From: Smithellaceae bacterium
Lineage (GTDB): Bacteria; Desulfobacterota; Syntrophia; Syntrophales; Smithellaceae
Reading direction: 5' to 3'
Assembly (NCBI GenBank): GCA_030690945.1
Contig: JAUYFM010000068.1
Location: 70,751 to 134,750, forward strand
Length of the DNA stretch: 64,000 nt
Every line of letters starts with the position of its first letter. The stretch's first letter is position 1. The position numbers and the translations under genes are program-made. The notes beneath the pieces are model-generated. The model was given only the letters and a program-made list of their open reading frames with translations, was not told the DNA's origin and did not search any database. This document shows, in pieces, positions 7,889-18,583 of the stretch.

Positions 7889-8650
7889 ATGAATTTAAAT
7901 ATTTTTGCCTTCATCTTCGGCGCCGCCATCGGTAGCTTTCTCAATGTCTGTATTTTTCGCATACCGGCTCACGAATCCATCGTCAAGCCTCTTTCCCAGT
8001 GTCCTCACTGTCATCAGCCGATTCGGTTTTATGATAATATTCCTATGATTAGCTTTCTTGTTTTGCGCGCCAGGTGCCGGGATTGCGGCGAAAAGATTTC
8101 GTGGCGATACCCGCTGGTTGAGTTGATTACCGCCCTCCTGGCCTTGCTGCTGTTTATGAAATTCGGCCTGACGCTCAATTTTCTGGTTTTTTTTATTTTC
8201 ACCGCTGTCTTGATTACGATCAGTTTCATCGATCTGGATCATCAAATTATTCCTGATATTTTATCTCTGCCCGGCATTCCCATCTTTTTCCTGGCGGCTG
8301 TCTTTATCGTAAGGCTTCCCTGGCATGAAGCGCTCATTGGCTTACTTATCGGCGGCGGCATGCTTTTTCTGATTGCTTTCGTTTATGAGTTCATAACCAA
8401 GCGCGAGGGCATGGGTGGCGGCGATATAAAACTGCTGGCGATGATCGGTGGTTTTCTGGGATGGAAATCATTGATCTTTGTCTTACTATTCAGCTCATTA
8501 GCCGGGGCCGTCGTCGGGATTACGGTAATGATTATCAAAAAGCAGGACATGAAATACGCCGTGCCTTTTGGACCTTTTTTATCGCTGGCGGCAGTTGCCT
8601 ACATTTTCTGGGGCGAGATATTTATGAGATTTCTGATTTTCCGATATTGA
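7889..8650 (+). CDS. pilD: Prepilin peptidase / N-methyltransferase (A24 family)
   Basis: N-terminal Cys pairs (CPHC...CRDC), polytopic membrane protein, catalytic Asp context GGGDIKLLAMIG. Confidence 0.9.
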   Translation: MNLNIFAFIFGAAIGSFLNVCIFRIPAHESIVKPLSQCPHCHQPIRFYDNIPMISFLVLRARCRDCGEKISWRYPLVELITALLALLLFMKFGLTLNFLVFFIFTAVLITISFIDLDHQIIPDILSLPGIPIFFLAAVFIVRLPWHEALIGLLIGGGMLFLIAFVYEFITKREGMGGGDIKLLAMIGGFLGWKSLIFVLLFSSLAGAVVGITVMIIKKQDMKYAVPFGPFLSLAAVAYIFWGEIFMRFLIFRY

Positions 8651-8682
8651 CAGGAGAGGTGAAATATTTTTCAGGAGCGACA

Positions 8683-9162
8683 ATGCAAAGAAAATTGGTT
8701 AGCGGATTTACTTTAATTGAATTAATGATTGTTATCGTAATAATGGGTATTTTGGCAGCTATTGCCGCGCCAAATTTTATGGAATATATGAAGTCCCGGA
8801 GATTGAGTGGAGCAACAACGCAGTTATATGTTGATCTTATGAACGCCAGAAGTCAGGCCGTCAGCCAGAATGTCAAAGTTATTGTCTATTTAACAAGCGA
8901 CGGGAGAAATTATGAAATAATAAGAGATTTAAACGGAAACGGTGTAGTTGATAAACCCGGTGAAACAGGCGTAACAAAAAGCATCTATCCCGATTATTAC
9001 GATGTAACATTTGCAGCCAGTTCATCCGGCTATAATCCAGTATTTATGCAAAACGGAACGGCTATTAATGGCAAAATTATTGTAACAAGTTCGAGCTTAT
9101 CAGAGCCAAAATATGTTAAAATTAGTACTGCCGGTCGAGTTAAGATTGATACAGTTCCTTAA
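8683..9162 (+). CDS. Type IV minor pilin, FimT/GspH-like
   Basis: Prepilin signal MQRKLVSG|FTLIELMIV with E+5. The downstream GspH-like region is SRRLSGATTQLYVDLMNARSQAV. Confidence 0.75.
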   Translation: MQRKLVSGFTLIELMIVIVIMGILAAIAAPNFMEYMKSRRLSGATTQLYVDLMNARSQAVSQNVKVIVYLTSDGRNYEIIRDLNGNGVVDKPGETGVTKSIYPDYYDVTFAASSSGYNPVFMQNGTAINGKIIVTSSSLSEPKYVKISTAGRVKIDTVP

Positions 9163-9188
9163 CAAGCTCATTCATTGGTGGAATTGCC

Positions 9189-9587
9189 ATGGCAGAATCT
9201 ATGAAAACAATGAAAAGATTTGAATATAATAAAGGATTTACACTAATTGAAGTACTGATTGCCATTGTAATTTTGACGATTGGGCTCTTAGCGTTGGTAT
9301 CCGTCACGGTTATGGTGATCAAGGGCAATTCGTTGAATAGAGGGATAACAACGGCGACGACATTAGCTAATCAGCAGTTGGAAACTTTGAAAAATACAAG
9401 CTATAGTGGTATTGATTCTTCTTCCGCATGCCCTTCAACATGGTCGACAGTAACGGGATTTTCTGGTTATGAACAAAAGTGTGGGGTATCAACAAGTGGA
9501 TACCAGAAGACGATCGTTATGGAAGTGCGATGGTTCTGGCTAGGCACCGAAAAAAAGGTAATATTGAATACTATTATTTCCAAATAG
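9189..9587 (+). CDS. Type IV minor pilin, PilV-like
   Basis: Prepilin signal ...EYNKG|FTLIEVLIAIVIL. Start ambiguous (9189, 9201 or 9210). Confidence 0.7.
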   Translation: MAESMKTMKRFEYNKGFTLIEVLIAIVILTIGLLALVSVTVMVIKGNSLNRGITTATTLANQQLETLKNTSYSGIDSSSACPSTWSTVTGFSGYEQKCGVSTSGYQKTIVMEVRWFWLGTEKKVILNTIISK

Positions 9588-9603
9588 AATTGTGGACAAT
9601 GTC

Positions 9604-10344
9604 ATGATGAAAATAAATCATCTCTTAACGAAAATAAATCATGGTAAAAATTGCCAATATTCTAAGCATAATAAGGGGTTTACGCTTATTGAATTGTTAA
9701 TTGCCATGTTTGTGGGTTTAATTGTGCTGGGCGCTACCTATGCAGTTTTTATCGCGCAAAATAAAGAGTTAAATAAACAAGAACAGATTGTGGTGATGCA
9801 GCAGAATGCGAGAATGGCCATGGAGATGATGACCAGAGAAATCATGATGGCGGGATATAACCAGACGACAGACCCGGCAACCATTGCCGCGGTACCCCGT
9901 TGCACCAATGCCCTGGTCGCGGCTGGGACAAGCTGCGTCGGAATTACTTCTGCCGGAAGCAACACTATTAAATTTACGGCGGATCTAAACGGTAGTGGAA
10001 GTATTACGCCTGATGACCAATTTGAGGGTGACAACGCAGATGAAAACGTTGCCTATGATGCGAACTTGTCATTGGGTATCAAGTCCTTCAGACGAAATAG
10101 TAAATACACGAAATCGGGCAGTTCATATCAACCTGTTGTGGAATACGTGGACTCACTGTCTTTCGAATACTATGACGATGCCAACAACACCCTCCTGTCC
10201 CCAGTCATTCTGGCTGATATTTGTAGAATTCAAATTACTGTCACAACCCGGACAGCAAACATTGATCCGAATACAGGCAATTACCATTACTATCCGCTTA
10301 AATCATATGTTACCCCGCGCAATCTCGGGATAACTGGTTATTGA
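9604..10344 (+). CDS. Type IV minor pilin, PilW-like
   Basis: Prepilin signal ...SKHNKG|FTLIELLIAMFVG after an unusually long leader. ATG at 9604. Confidence 0.7.
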   Translation: MMKINHLLTKINHGKNCQYSKHNKGFTLIELLIAMFVGLIVLGATYAVFIAQNKELNKQEQIVVMQQNARMAMEMMTREIMMAGYNQTTDPATIAAVPRCTNALVAAGTSCVGITSAGSNTIKFTADLNGSGSITPDDQFEGDNADENVAYDANLSLGIKSFRRNSKYTKSGSSYQPVVEYVDSLSFEYYDDANNTLLSPVILADICRIQITVTTRTANIDPNTGNYHYYPLKSYVTPRNLGITGY

Positions 10345-10410
10345 AAAGGGAAGTTAAGGATATTATGAGTAAATGGTTAAACTCTAATTTAAATTAGCGA
10401 GAGGGAATTT

Positions 10411-11730
10411 ATGCGGCCACAACGTAAGCATATAGTTTTTAGCAACGAAAGCGGCATGGTTTTAGTCGTGACGATAATGCTTTTGGCGGTATTGGTGCTG
10501 CTGGGTTCTACCGCTATTATGGTAACCAATACTGATATGAAAATTAGCAGCAATTACCGAAGTAGTTCACAGGCTTTTTACATTGCCGAAGCTGGGGCCG
10601 AACACGCGCGCGAGCTGTTGAGACTGCGGAGCGGGTGCGGTTACACGGTGACACAGATCCTTCAGGGCTGCCCGCAGCAGCAAGGTTGCCAGGCAACGGC
10701 GACGAGCTGCACGTCATGCACACCTACGGCCTGCCCAGGTACGGCGGTTACCCTGACAAACAGCAGAAACATTGCAAATTTCCGCTCCGGTGATACCTGG
10801 GCCAGTACCAACACCCCCCTGATCTCCGATACCACTTTCGGCAGCGGTTCGTACCGGGTGTATCTTACCAATGATGCCAAGGCGCCGGATGTGGTGACGT
10901 CATCCACGGATACAAATTACACCGCCACCCTTACCTCTTTCGGCTTCGGTCCCCAGATCTCAATGGCTGTCGTCCAGGTAACGGTCCGAAAATTAATCCC
11001 CCCGGGCCTCCCCGGTGCAATCGTCCTGCCGGGGCCTGATGTCATTTTTGCCGGGGGCAGCAGCTCTGCGCAAGTAGTCTCCGGCCAGACTGAGCCCGCT
11101 GTGGCCGTCAACTCTGCAATATCTCTGGGCAAGGTCGTCGCCGGCATCCCGAAGCCCGGTTCCTATATCGGCGACTGTCCCAGCACGCCATGTGTAGAAA
11201 ATAAAGGCACCGACGCAACCCCTCCCGGCACTGGTTTCGGTCCCCCCTGGGATAGCTTGCCGGATCTGCAGGCGCTAGTACGTTCCGTGGCCAGTACTGC
11301 CGATTTTACATCCATTTCGGCCCCGGGGTTCACCTGGGGTTCGACATCGAACCCAAAGATCGTCTATATTAACGGAGACGCCACGATCGGACCGGAAACT
11401 GGTGCCGGTATTATCATCTGTACGGGCAATCTATCCGTGCATGGAAATTTCGCATACAACGGGCTCATCATGGCGATCGGTAAGGGAAGTATCAGCCGTT
11501 ACGGCGGTGGAAACGGCCAGATCAGGGGGAGCATTTTTGCGGCAAACATCCTCGGCCCGGATGGGATTCTGAACACGGGCGATGATGCCTTCGGCGCGCC
11601 TACTTACGACACCTCCGGGGGTGGCACTTCCGACATCACTTATGACGGCAACGCTTTAAACAACGTCACGAAGCATGCACCCTTTATCAAGACAAGCTGG
11701 AAGCAGCGGAAGCAGTCCGGCCTTGATTAA
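10411..11730 (+). CDS. PilX-like pilus assembly protein (large, Cys-rich)
   Basis: PilX_N-like N-terminus (ESGMVLVVTIMLLAVLVLLGSTAIMVTNTDMKISSNY). 439 aa. Position after the PilV/PilW-like genes. Confidence 0.6.
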   Translation: MRPQRKHIVFSNESGMVLVVTIMLLAVLVLLGSTAIMVTNTDMKISSNYRSSSQAFYIAEAGAEHARELLRLRSGCGYTVTQILQGCPQQQGCQATATSCTSCTPTACPGTAVTLTNSRNIANFRSGDTWASTNTPLISDTTFGSGSYRVYLTNDAKAPDVVTSSTDTNYTATLTSFGFGPQISMAVVQVTVRKLIPPGLPGAIVLPGPDVIFAGGSSSAQVVSGQTEPAVAVNSAISLGKVVAGIPKPGSYIGDCPSTPCVENKGTDATPPGTGFGPPWDSLPDLQALVRSVASTADFTSISAPGFTWGSTSNPKIVYINGDATIGPETGAGIIICTGNLSVHGNFAYNGLIMAIGKGSISRYGGGNGQIRGSIFAANILGPDGILNTGDDAFGAPTYDTSGGGTSDITYDGNALNNVTKHAPFIKTSWKQRKQSGLD

Positions 11731-11911
11731 GGGGCGGCATACGAGCTGGGTCAGGCTTTAAAGGTGACCTATCCAATACACTGATATCATCCGACTTGGT
11801 TACTGGTACGACCATGGGCGCGACTGCGATCACACTCACCGTAGCGGAATTTGAATCTATCAACATATTTAACCTCTACTCTCAATGGCGAACGGATGAA
11901 TTGCCGATATA

Positions 11912-12025
11912 ATACCAAGTCGCATTCAAAGGATAACGAACCAACGTAGTCCGAACCTTTAGGTTCGCGTGTTCAACGGGTCTAAAGACCCGAACTACTG
12001 TTAACATTTGAATGCAACTTGGTAT
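11912..12025. repeat. Nested palindromic element (REPIN-like doublet inside a 19-bp inverted repeat)
   Basis: Outer arms ataccaagtcgcattcaaa (11912-11930) and tttgaatgcaacttggtat (12007-12025). Inner hairpins cgaacc-ttta-ggttcg and cgggtc-taaa-gacccg, each flanked by GTAG/CTAC. Confidence 0.6.
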
Positions 12026-12060
12026 AAGCATATCTCTGAGCAGATCTTCTGAAAAGATAT

Positions 12061-12609
12061 TCACTGATTTTTTGACTTTGTAATCAAATGATCACTGACA
12101 AAAAATCTCATTTCGGCGACTTTACTCGATTCTTCAAGGTAGTCATGCTCCAAACGTTTTGAAAAGATTTTATCCCTCAATGCCGTTAAATTCTTTTTCA
12201 AATCATTTAGTTCATCAACGGTCATGTTTTGTCGTTCGGCAAAACTTTTCTGAAGTTGTTCAAATTCTTTCATAATAGCCGGATCTTTTTTCGAATCGTC
12301 TTCCTTGGCTGGAGTATTTCCTGTTGCCGCCAGCTTTTTTTCAGCAGCTACAGGCGGCAAAGCAGGTTTTTTTGTTTCGTAAACATCTTCGGTCTTTGCC
12401 GTTGACTTCTCTATTTTACTGACAGTATCCTTCTCAATACCCATTGTTCCGCCGCTGACAAAAAAAGTAATCTGGCCGCCTTCCTCCCAGTATTTGGTTG
12501 TAATAAACTGTCCGCCGCCTTTCAGGTGAATGATATAAGAAGCTTGACTGAATAAAGGAAAAACAAAAAATGAAATCAGAATAAATGCCGATAGTATTAT
12601 TTTTTTCAT
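12061..12609 (-). CDS. Hypothetical secreted protein
   Basis: Signal peptide MKKIILSAFILISFFVFPLFSQA, a Pro/Ala/Lys linker and a predicted helical C-terminus. No family recognised. Confidence 0.5.
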   Translation of the reverse strand: MKKIILSAFILISFFVFPLFSQASYIIHLKGGGQFITTKYWEEGGQITFFVSGGTMGIEKDTVSKIEKSTAKTEDVYETKKPALPPVAAEKKLAATGNTPAKEDDSKKDPAIMKEFEQLQKSFAERQNMTVDELNDLKKNLTALRDKIFSKRLEHDYLEESSKVAEMRFFVSDHLITKSKNQ

Positions 12610-12809
12610 GATTAACATCCTTAAAAGTCATTTGTTTGCAGTAATATAGAAAAGACCATAAAGGATGTCAAACAATTCTTTGAACAGCAACGGCAGGGAT
12701 TGGAGAAGTGAAGTTTGCAATAACCCTAACAGTTCAGCTTGCCATGACACGCGGCAAATGATAAAAGCCGCTTGTCGCTTTTTTATAAGAAAGGTTTTTA
12801 CGCTTTATA

Positions 12810-14474
12810 ATGAAGAATAAACTTGTTGCCCTGATCGCAAATGCCGTGACGGCTTGTACTCAAAAAGGCCTGCTGCCGGATGTGGAATTGTCGCACATTG
12901 AAATCGAAGTGCCGGCCAATCCCGAACATGGCGATTACGCTTCTAATGTGGCTATGATTCTGGCGTCCCAGGCCAAACAAAATCCCCGCAAAATTGCCCA
13001 GGCTATACAGGAAAATCTGACCGATCCGGAAGGAATCATCGAAAAAACACAAATCGCCGGTCCCGGCTTTTTGAATTTTCGAATGAAAGATGATTTATGG
13101 CGGAAAACACTGCAAGATATTTTAAATCAAAAGGAAAAATATGGTTGCCTTGATGTGGGTCAAGGGAAGAAAGTTCAGGTGGAGTTCGTCAGTGCCAATC
13201 CCACGGGTCCTCTGCACATTGGCCATGCACGCGGCGCGGTAGTCGGTGATGTCCTGGCTAATCTGCTTTCGGCAACCGGTTACGCCGTTTCCAGGGAATA
13301 TTATATCAATGATGCCGGGAACCAGATGAACAATCTGGGGAAATCCGTGCTGTACCGCTATCGGGAACTTCTGGGCGAAAAAATAGAGTTTCCCGAAAAC
13401 TGCTATCGCGGCGATTATATTAAAGATATTTCCGCGGCTATTATCCAGAAAGAAGGCAATCGCTATCTGACCGAAAACGAAGAGGAAACGGTTCCGTATT
13501 TCAACGGCATTGCCGGCGGCGTTATCCTTGAAGAAATCAAGAGGGATTTAAAGGACTTCGGCGTGACCTTCGACTTCTATTTCAGTGAGAAGGAATTATA
13601 CAAGGAAAACGGCGTGAGCGATCTTTTGTCCTCTTTGCAAGAGCAGGGCTTTATTTATTCGGACGGCGAAACGTTATGGTTTAAAACAACAGACTTCGGT
13701 GATGAAAAAGACCGCGTCGTTATCCGAAAAAACGGCGAGCCGACTTACTTTGCCGCCGATATCGCCTATCATAAAAATAAATTTGCCCGCGGTTTTGATA
13801 TCCTGATCGATATCTGGGGCGCGGATCACCACGGGTATATGCCCCGCCTTTGGGCCGCGATTCAGGCCCTGGGACATCGCAAAGACGATCTGAAAATCAT
13901 TCTTGTGCAACTGGTAAATTTATTACGCGCGGGCGAGCCGGTGGCGATGTCCACGCGTTCCGGCGAATTTGTCACGCTCAGGGAAGTGCTCGATGAGGTG
14001 GGAAAGGATGCGGCCCGCTATAATTTTCTGATGCGTCGATCGGACAGTCACCTGGATTTCGATCTGGACGTCGCTAAAAAACAATCCAATGAAAATCCGG
14101 TATTCTATGTCCAATACGCGCATGCCAGAATCTGTAGTATTATTCGGATGGCAGAGGAGCGGGGCATGGCGCTGCCGGCTTTTGAAAATATTAATCCCTC
14201 ACGCCTGATAGAACCGGAAGAAAGAACCTTGATTAAAATGATGGCGCGTTATCCCGAAATGCTGGAAGGCGCCGCGAAATCGCTGGAGGTTCACCGCATG
14301 ACCTTCTATCTGAACGAACTGGCGGGCGTTTTTCACAGTTACTACAATAAAAATAAAGTCATGACGGAAGATGCGGCGCTGTCGGCCGCGCGCCTGGTTT
14401 TGGTCGATGCGGTGCGCATTGTGCTGGCGAACGCGCTGAAAATATTAGGCGTCAATGCGCCGGAGAAGATGTGA
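12810..14474 (+). CDS. argS: Arginine--tRNA ligase
   Basis: Class I signature ([12 protein letters not shown]) and a C-terminal anticodon-binding region. 554 aa. Confidence 0.95.
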   Translation: MKNKLVALIANAVTACTQKGLLPDVELSHIEIEVPANPEHGDYASNVAMILASQAKQNPRKIAQAIQENLTDPEGIIEKTQIAGPGFLNFRMKDDLWRKTLQDILNQKEKYGCLDVGQGKKVQVEFVSANPTGPLHIGHARGAVVGDVLANLLSATGYAVSREYYINDAGNQMNNLGKSVLYRYRELLGEKIEFPENCYRGDYIKDISAAIIQKEGNRYLTENEEETVPYFNGIAGGVILEEIKRDLKDFGVTFDFYFSEKELYKENGVSDLLSSLQEQGFIYSDGETLWFKTTDFGDEKDRVVIRKNGEPTYFAADIAYHKNKFARGFDILIDIWGADHHGYMPRLWAAIQALGHRKDDLKIILVQLVNLLRAGEPVAMSTRSGEFVTLREVLDEVGKDAARYNFLMRRSDSHLDFDLDVAKKQSNENPVFYVQYAHARICSIIRMAEERGMALPAFENINPSRLIEPEERTLIKMMARYPEMLEGAAKSLEVHRMTFYLNELAGVFHSYYNKNKVMTEDAALSAARLVLVDAVRIVLANALKILGVNAPEKM

Positions 14475-14484
14475 AAGGCGTGAA

Positions 14485-15264
14485 ATGGGTTCCGGTAATA
14501 TAAAAAAATTTGAATTGAAGTTGGGGAGAACCGGATTAATTATTGTTATCGCCGGGATGACTGTTCTGTTGTGCCTTTCATTCATTCTGGGCGTTGGGGT
14601 CGGTAAAAATATAAATACCTACCCTGAAAAGATTTCTTCCGTGCCGCAACAGATCTTAGCGTTGTTCTGGCGGCCGGCTAAAGTCGCCAGTGAGCAAAAA
14701 AACATGGCTAGTATGGGAGCTCAGCCGGATAGCGGCAATATGGATTTGACATTTCATGATACGTTGACCGGTCAGAAGACACTGTCGATTCAGCAGCCGC
14801 CGGTCGCAGAAAAAAAGCCGGATAATGCCATGGTGAAGGATCAAAAAGCCAAACCGCAAAATCCACCGGCCGTTTTGTCCCCGCAAGAAGAAGTCGTTTC
14901 ATCCAAAAAAGAAGCTTCCGAATTGAAGGTTACGGTCAGTGAAAAATCACCTGTGGAAAAAAAATCTAAAATAAAAGAGGTTCCAATCGCTGTCCCTCCT
15001 GCCGGATCTTCATTTCTTGTTTATGTGGCGTCCTTGAAAGACAAGGCTAAAGCCAATCAGATTAATAAAACAGTTGCCACGTTGGGTTATTCCGCGAAAG
15101 TTGTAAAAGTGGACATTAAAGGGAAGGGGACATGGCATCGCGTCATTGTCACGGGATTTGAAACCAAGGCACAGGCGCAGGCTGCTGCCGACAGGATTTC
15201 TAAAAAGGTCAAGACAAATTGTATCATCCGGGCCGCCGTTCCGGATGCGATCAAGACCCAGTAA
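14485..15264 (+). CDS. SPOR domain membrane protein
   Basis: N-terminal TM helix, Pro/Lys/Glu-rich linker, C-terminal SPOR-like repeat (FLVYVASLKDKAKANQ...GKGTWHRVIVTGFETKAQAQAAADRI). Confidence 0.7.
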   Translation: MGSGNIKKFELKLGRTGLIIVIAGMTVLLCLSFILGVGVGKNINTYPEKISSVPQQILALFWRPAKVASEQKNMASMGAQPDSGNMDLTFHDTLTGQKTLSIQQPPVAEKKPDNAMVKDQKAKPQNPPAVLSPQEEVVSSKKEASELKVTVSEKSPVEKKSKIKEVPIAVPPAGSSFLVYVASLKDKAKANQINKTVATLGYSAKVVKVDIKGKGTWHRVIVTGFETKAQAQAAADRISKKVKTNCIIRAAVPDAIKTQ

Positions 15265-15279
15265 ATAAAGGCTTAATTT

Positions 15280-16608
15280 ATGTTTGAAAGTTTAGCAGAG
15301 AAACTCGAAGGTATTTTTAAAAAACTTAAAGGCCGTGGCGTCCTTAACGAGGAAAGCGTCAATGCCGCGCTCAAGGAAATCCGTATGGCGCTCCTGGAAG
15401 CGGACGTGAACTTCAAGGTCGTCAAGGATTTTATTGAAGATGTGCGGCTGCGCGCCATCGGCAAGGAAGTGCTTGAGAGCATTACACCCGGACAACAGGT
15501 CGTCAAGATTGTCCATGACCGTCTGGTTGAACTCATGGGCAACACGAGCGCCAATATCAAGTTCGGCTCGCGGATTCCGGCCACGATCATGCTTGTCGGC
15601 TTACAGGGTTGTGGAAAAACGACAACAGCCGCCAAGTTGGCGTTAATCTTATCCAGAGAAAAAAAAGTTTATCTGGTTTCGGCAGACGTTTACCGGCCTG
15701 CGGCGATGGAACAGTTGGCCGTTTTGGGCAGACAGATTAAAGCGGGAGTTTTTGATGCAGGCTCCCTTCGCGATCCCGTAAAAATATGCGTTGAAGCGGT
15801 TGAACAAGCCAAAAAAGAAGGTTACGAAGTTGTCATCATTGACACCGCCGGAAGATTACATATTGACGATTTGTTAATGGAAGAGCTTCGTAAAATTAAG
15901 GACAAGGTCAATCCTTCGGAAATTCTTTATGTGGCCGATGCCATGACCGGCCAGGATGCCGTCAATGTCGGTACAAAATTCAATGAATTGATCGGTATTG
16001 ACGGCGTTATCATGACAAAAATGGACGGCGACGCGCGCGGCGGAGCGGCCCTTTCGCTCAAAGCCGTTGTCGGTAAGCCGCTCAAATTTGTCGGTATCGG
16101 TGAAAAAATTGACGCCTTGGAGGTATTTCATCCAGAGAGGATGGCTTCCCGGATTCTGGGGATGGGAGATATTTTATCGCTGGTGGAAAAAGCGCAAGCC
16201 ACCATCGATGAAAAAACCGCCCGGGAGATGGAGCAGTCTCTGCGTAAAGGGGATTTTTCACTGGAAGATTTCCGCAATCAACTTCAGCAAGTCAAGAAAA
16301 TGGGTTCACTGAAGGATATGATGGGCATGATTCCGGGTATGGGCAAAATCAAAGCGCTCAAGGATGCGCAGCCGGACGACAAGGAACTGATAAAAATTAC
16401 GGCGATGATTGATTCCATGACTAAGAAAGAACGTTACAACTACCTGATCATTGATGGCCGCAGACGCAAAAGGATCGCTTTAGGCAGTGGCACGATGGTT
16501 CAGGATGTCAACCGGCTTTTGAAAAATTACGTGGAAATCCGCAAGATGATGAAAAAAATAAATCAGAAAGGCGGGATAAAGTCTCTTATGAGGAATTTCC
16601 CCTTTTAA
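15280..16608 (+). CDS. ffh: Signal recognition particle protein
   Basis: NG domain with GLQGCGKTTT and DTAGR. Met-rich M domain (MGMIPGMGK). Confidence 0.95.
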   Translation: MFESLAEKLEGIFKKLKGRGVLNEESVNAALKEIRMALLEADVNFKVVKDFIEDVRLRAIGKEVLESITPGQQVVKIVHDRLVELMGNTSANIKFGSRIPATIMLVGLQGCGKTTTAAKLALILSREKKVYLVSADVYRPAAMEQLAVLGRQIKAGVFDAGSLRDPVKICVEAVEQAKKEGYEVVIIDTAGRLHIDDLLMEELRKIKDKVNPSEILYVADAMTGQDAVNVGTKFNELIGIDGVIMTKMDGDARGGAALSLKAVVGKPLKFVGIGEKIDALEVFHPERMASRILGMGDILSLVEKAQATIDEKTAREMEQSLRKGDFSLEDFRNQLQQVKKMGSLKDMMGMIPGMGKIKALKDAQPDDKELIKITAMIDSMTKKERYNYLIIDGRRRKRIALGSGTMVQDVNRLLKNYVEIRKMMKKINQKGGIKSLMRNFPF

Positions 16609-16678
16609 TATCAAATCAATTATGATAGAGGCAAATCAGATAACTATTTTTTTTGAAGGAGGTTTTAAGTAAAACTAA

Positions 16679-16933
16679 ATGGCAGTTAAAATTCGATTAA
16701 CTCGTATGGGTGCTAAAGGCAAACCCTTTTACCGTATTGTGGCCGCAGATAAAGAATATCCGCGGGATGGAAAATTTCTTGAAATATTAGGGAATTATGA
16801 CCCAAAAAAGAATCCCGCAGAAATATCTTTAAAAGAAGATCGTGTTCGCGATTGGTTGTCCAAAGGGGCAAAACCGACGCTGACCGTTTCTCATTTATTG
16901 AAAACAAAAGGCATTGAAGCCAGCGTTAAGTAG
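16679..16933 (+). CDS. rpsP: 30S ribosomal protein S16
   Basis: MAVKIRLTRMGAKGKPFYRIVAAD. Confidence 0.95.
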   Translation: MAVKIRLTRMGAKGKPFYRIVAADKEYPRDGKFLEILGNYDPKKNPAEISLKEDRVRDWLSKGAKPTLTVSHLLKTKGIEASVK

Positions 16934-17061
16934 TAAAACTGTTGCGTTATTTGTAAAGGTATGAGACGGGATTGCAGCCTCACATCATTTAAATTAAACA
17001 AGCAGGGCGAATATTGCAGTGGATTTTCCAGATGTGTTAACTAAAACTCGTGGAGGTGCTG

Positions 17062-17295
17062 ATGATGAAGGAATTGATTAAGTATATCTCTCAATCTTTA
17101 GTTGATAATCCCGACAAAGTGGAAGTAAATGAAATCATCGGTGAGCAAACGTCCGTTATTGAACTGCGTGTGGCAAAAGAAGATTTAGGGAAAGTTATTG
17201 GGAAACAGGGAAGAACGGCCAAAGCCATTCGCACCATTTTAAGCGCCACGTCCGCCAAAATGCACAAACGGGCAGTTCTGGAAATTATAGAATAA
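17062..17295 (+). CDS. KH-domain RNA-binding protein (YlqC-like)
   Basis: KH motif [15 protein letters not shown]. Conserved position between rpsP and rimM. ggagg SD upstream. Confidence 0.8.
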   Translation: MMKELIKYISQSLVDNPDKVEVNEIIGEQTSVIELRVAKEDLGKVIGKQGRTAKAIRTILSATSAKMHKRAVLEIIE

Positions 17296-17298
17296 AAA

Positions 17299-17799
17299 AT
17301 GGATCTTTTTGTTTTTGGAGAGATCGTCAAAACGCGCGGTCTCCACGGCTGTGTTAAAGTTTTATCTTTTTTAGAAGCACAAGATATTCTGGACGGGCTT
17401 GATTTTGTGTATCTGGAATCAAAGTCCGGACAAAAAAGTCGTCATGAAATCAAGAAGATTGATCCTGCCGGTCAGTGTCTGTTTATTGAATTTCAAGATA
17501 TCTCCGATGTGGATGCAGCCGGAGCGCTTGTAGGTTCCAAGCTTTTACTGCCGCGCGATTTGCTCGGCGTTCTTGCGGAGGACGAGTATTATTGGTCCGA
17601 TATCATTGGACTTGAGGCTTATACACCGGAAGGTCGTCATCTTGGCCGGATAGAATCAATATTCCCAACAGGCAGCAATGATGTTTATGTTTGCCGGGGA
17701 GACGACGGAGAATTTCTCATTCCGGCAATCGCCGATGCCATTGTGCGGATAGACCTATCCTCGCGCAGAATAACCGTAAAATTGCTGGAAGGCCTTTAG
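17299..17799 (+). CDS. rimM: 16S rRNA processing protein RimM
   Basis: [16 protein letters not shown]-terminus and a PRC-barrel C-terminus. Synteny. Confidence 0.9.
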   Translation: MDLFVFGEIVKTRGLHGCVKVLSFLEAQDILDGLDFVYLESKSGQKSRHEIKKIDPAGQCLFIEFQDISDVDAAGALVGSKLLLPRDLLGVLAEDEYYWSDIIGLEAYTPEGRHLGRIESIFPTGSNDVYVCRGDDGEFLIPAIADAIVRIDLSSRRITVKLLEGL

Positions 17800-17801
17800 C
17801 C

Positions 17802-18539
17802 GTGATTCGATTTGATATCCTGTCTATTTTCCCGGAAATGCTCCAGTCTCCTCTGAATTTCAGCCTTTTGAAAAAAGCTCAGGAAAAAGGTCTGATCGAT
17901 ATCGGCCTGCATAATATTCGTGATTGGGCGGAAGATAAGCACAACATGACCGACGATGCCCCCTATGGCGGTGGATGCGGAATGGTGATGAAAGTTGGGC
18001 CCGTGGAACGTGCGCTTGCTGCGGTGAAGCGCACGGATGTTCAACCGCTGGTGGTTCTGATGACGCCCCAGGGAGAGGTATTTAATCAGAAAATTGCGGC
18101 CCAGCTGGCCTACGAAAAGCAAATCATTATGATTTGCGGGCGCTATGAAGGGGTTGATGAGCGAATTAGAGAACATCTGGCTGATCGGGAAATATCCATT
18201 GGTGATTATATCTTAACCGGAGGGGAGCTTTCCGCCCTGGTTGTCATCGACGCCGTCTCCAGACTGATTCCCGGCGTACTGGGAAATGATGCGTCTGCCG
18301 TTACGGAATCTTTTTCACAGGGACTTCTGGAATATCCACAATATACGAGGCCTGCCGAGTATAAAGGATGGTGTGTCCCCGATGTGCTGGTTTCCGGAAA
18401 TCATGTCCAAATTGAGCGTTGGCAAAGGGTCGAAGCGATTAAAAGAACCTGGCTGAGAAGGCCTGATCTTCTTGAAAAAACAGAACTCGCCGAGAGCGAT
18501 AAAATAAATTTGGAAAAAATCAAACTCGGTCGGATATAA
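17802..18539 (+). CDS. trmD: tRNA (guanine37-N1)-methyltransferase
   Basis: [12 protein letters not shown]..., [25 protein letters not shown] start immediately after the rimM stop. Confidence 0.9.
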   Translation: MIRFDILSIFPEMLQSPLNFSLLKKAQEKGLIDIGLHNIRDWAEDKHNMTDDAPYGGGCGMVMKVGPVERALAAVKRTDVQPLVVLMTPQGEVFNQKIAAQLAYEKQIIMICGRYEGVDERIREHLADREISIGDYILTGGELSALVVIDAVSRLIPGVLGNDASAVTESFSQGLLEYPQYTRPAEYKGWCVPDVLVSGNHVQIERWQRVEAIKRTWLRRPDLLEKTELAESDKINLEKIKLGRI

Positions 18540-18583
18540 AGTCTTGATTTTCAGACGTGTTTAAGGTAATTAGGTCAACTTTT

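Noticed and set aside
8461-8682. N-terminal 74-aa extension of the FimT-like ORF
   Set aside because: It overlaps the pilD 3' end in another frame. The prepilin signal peptide (MQRKLVSG|FTLIE) begins at the ATG at 8683.
11882-12064. 60-aa minus-strand ORF in the pilX-downstream spacer
   Set aside because: It spans the nested palindromic element and has no SD. The palindrome explains the open frame.
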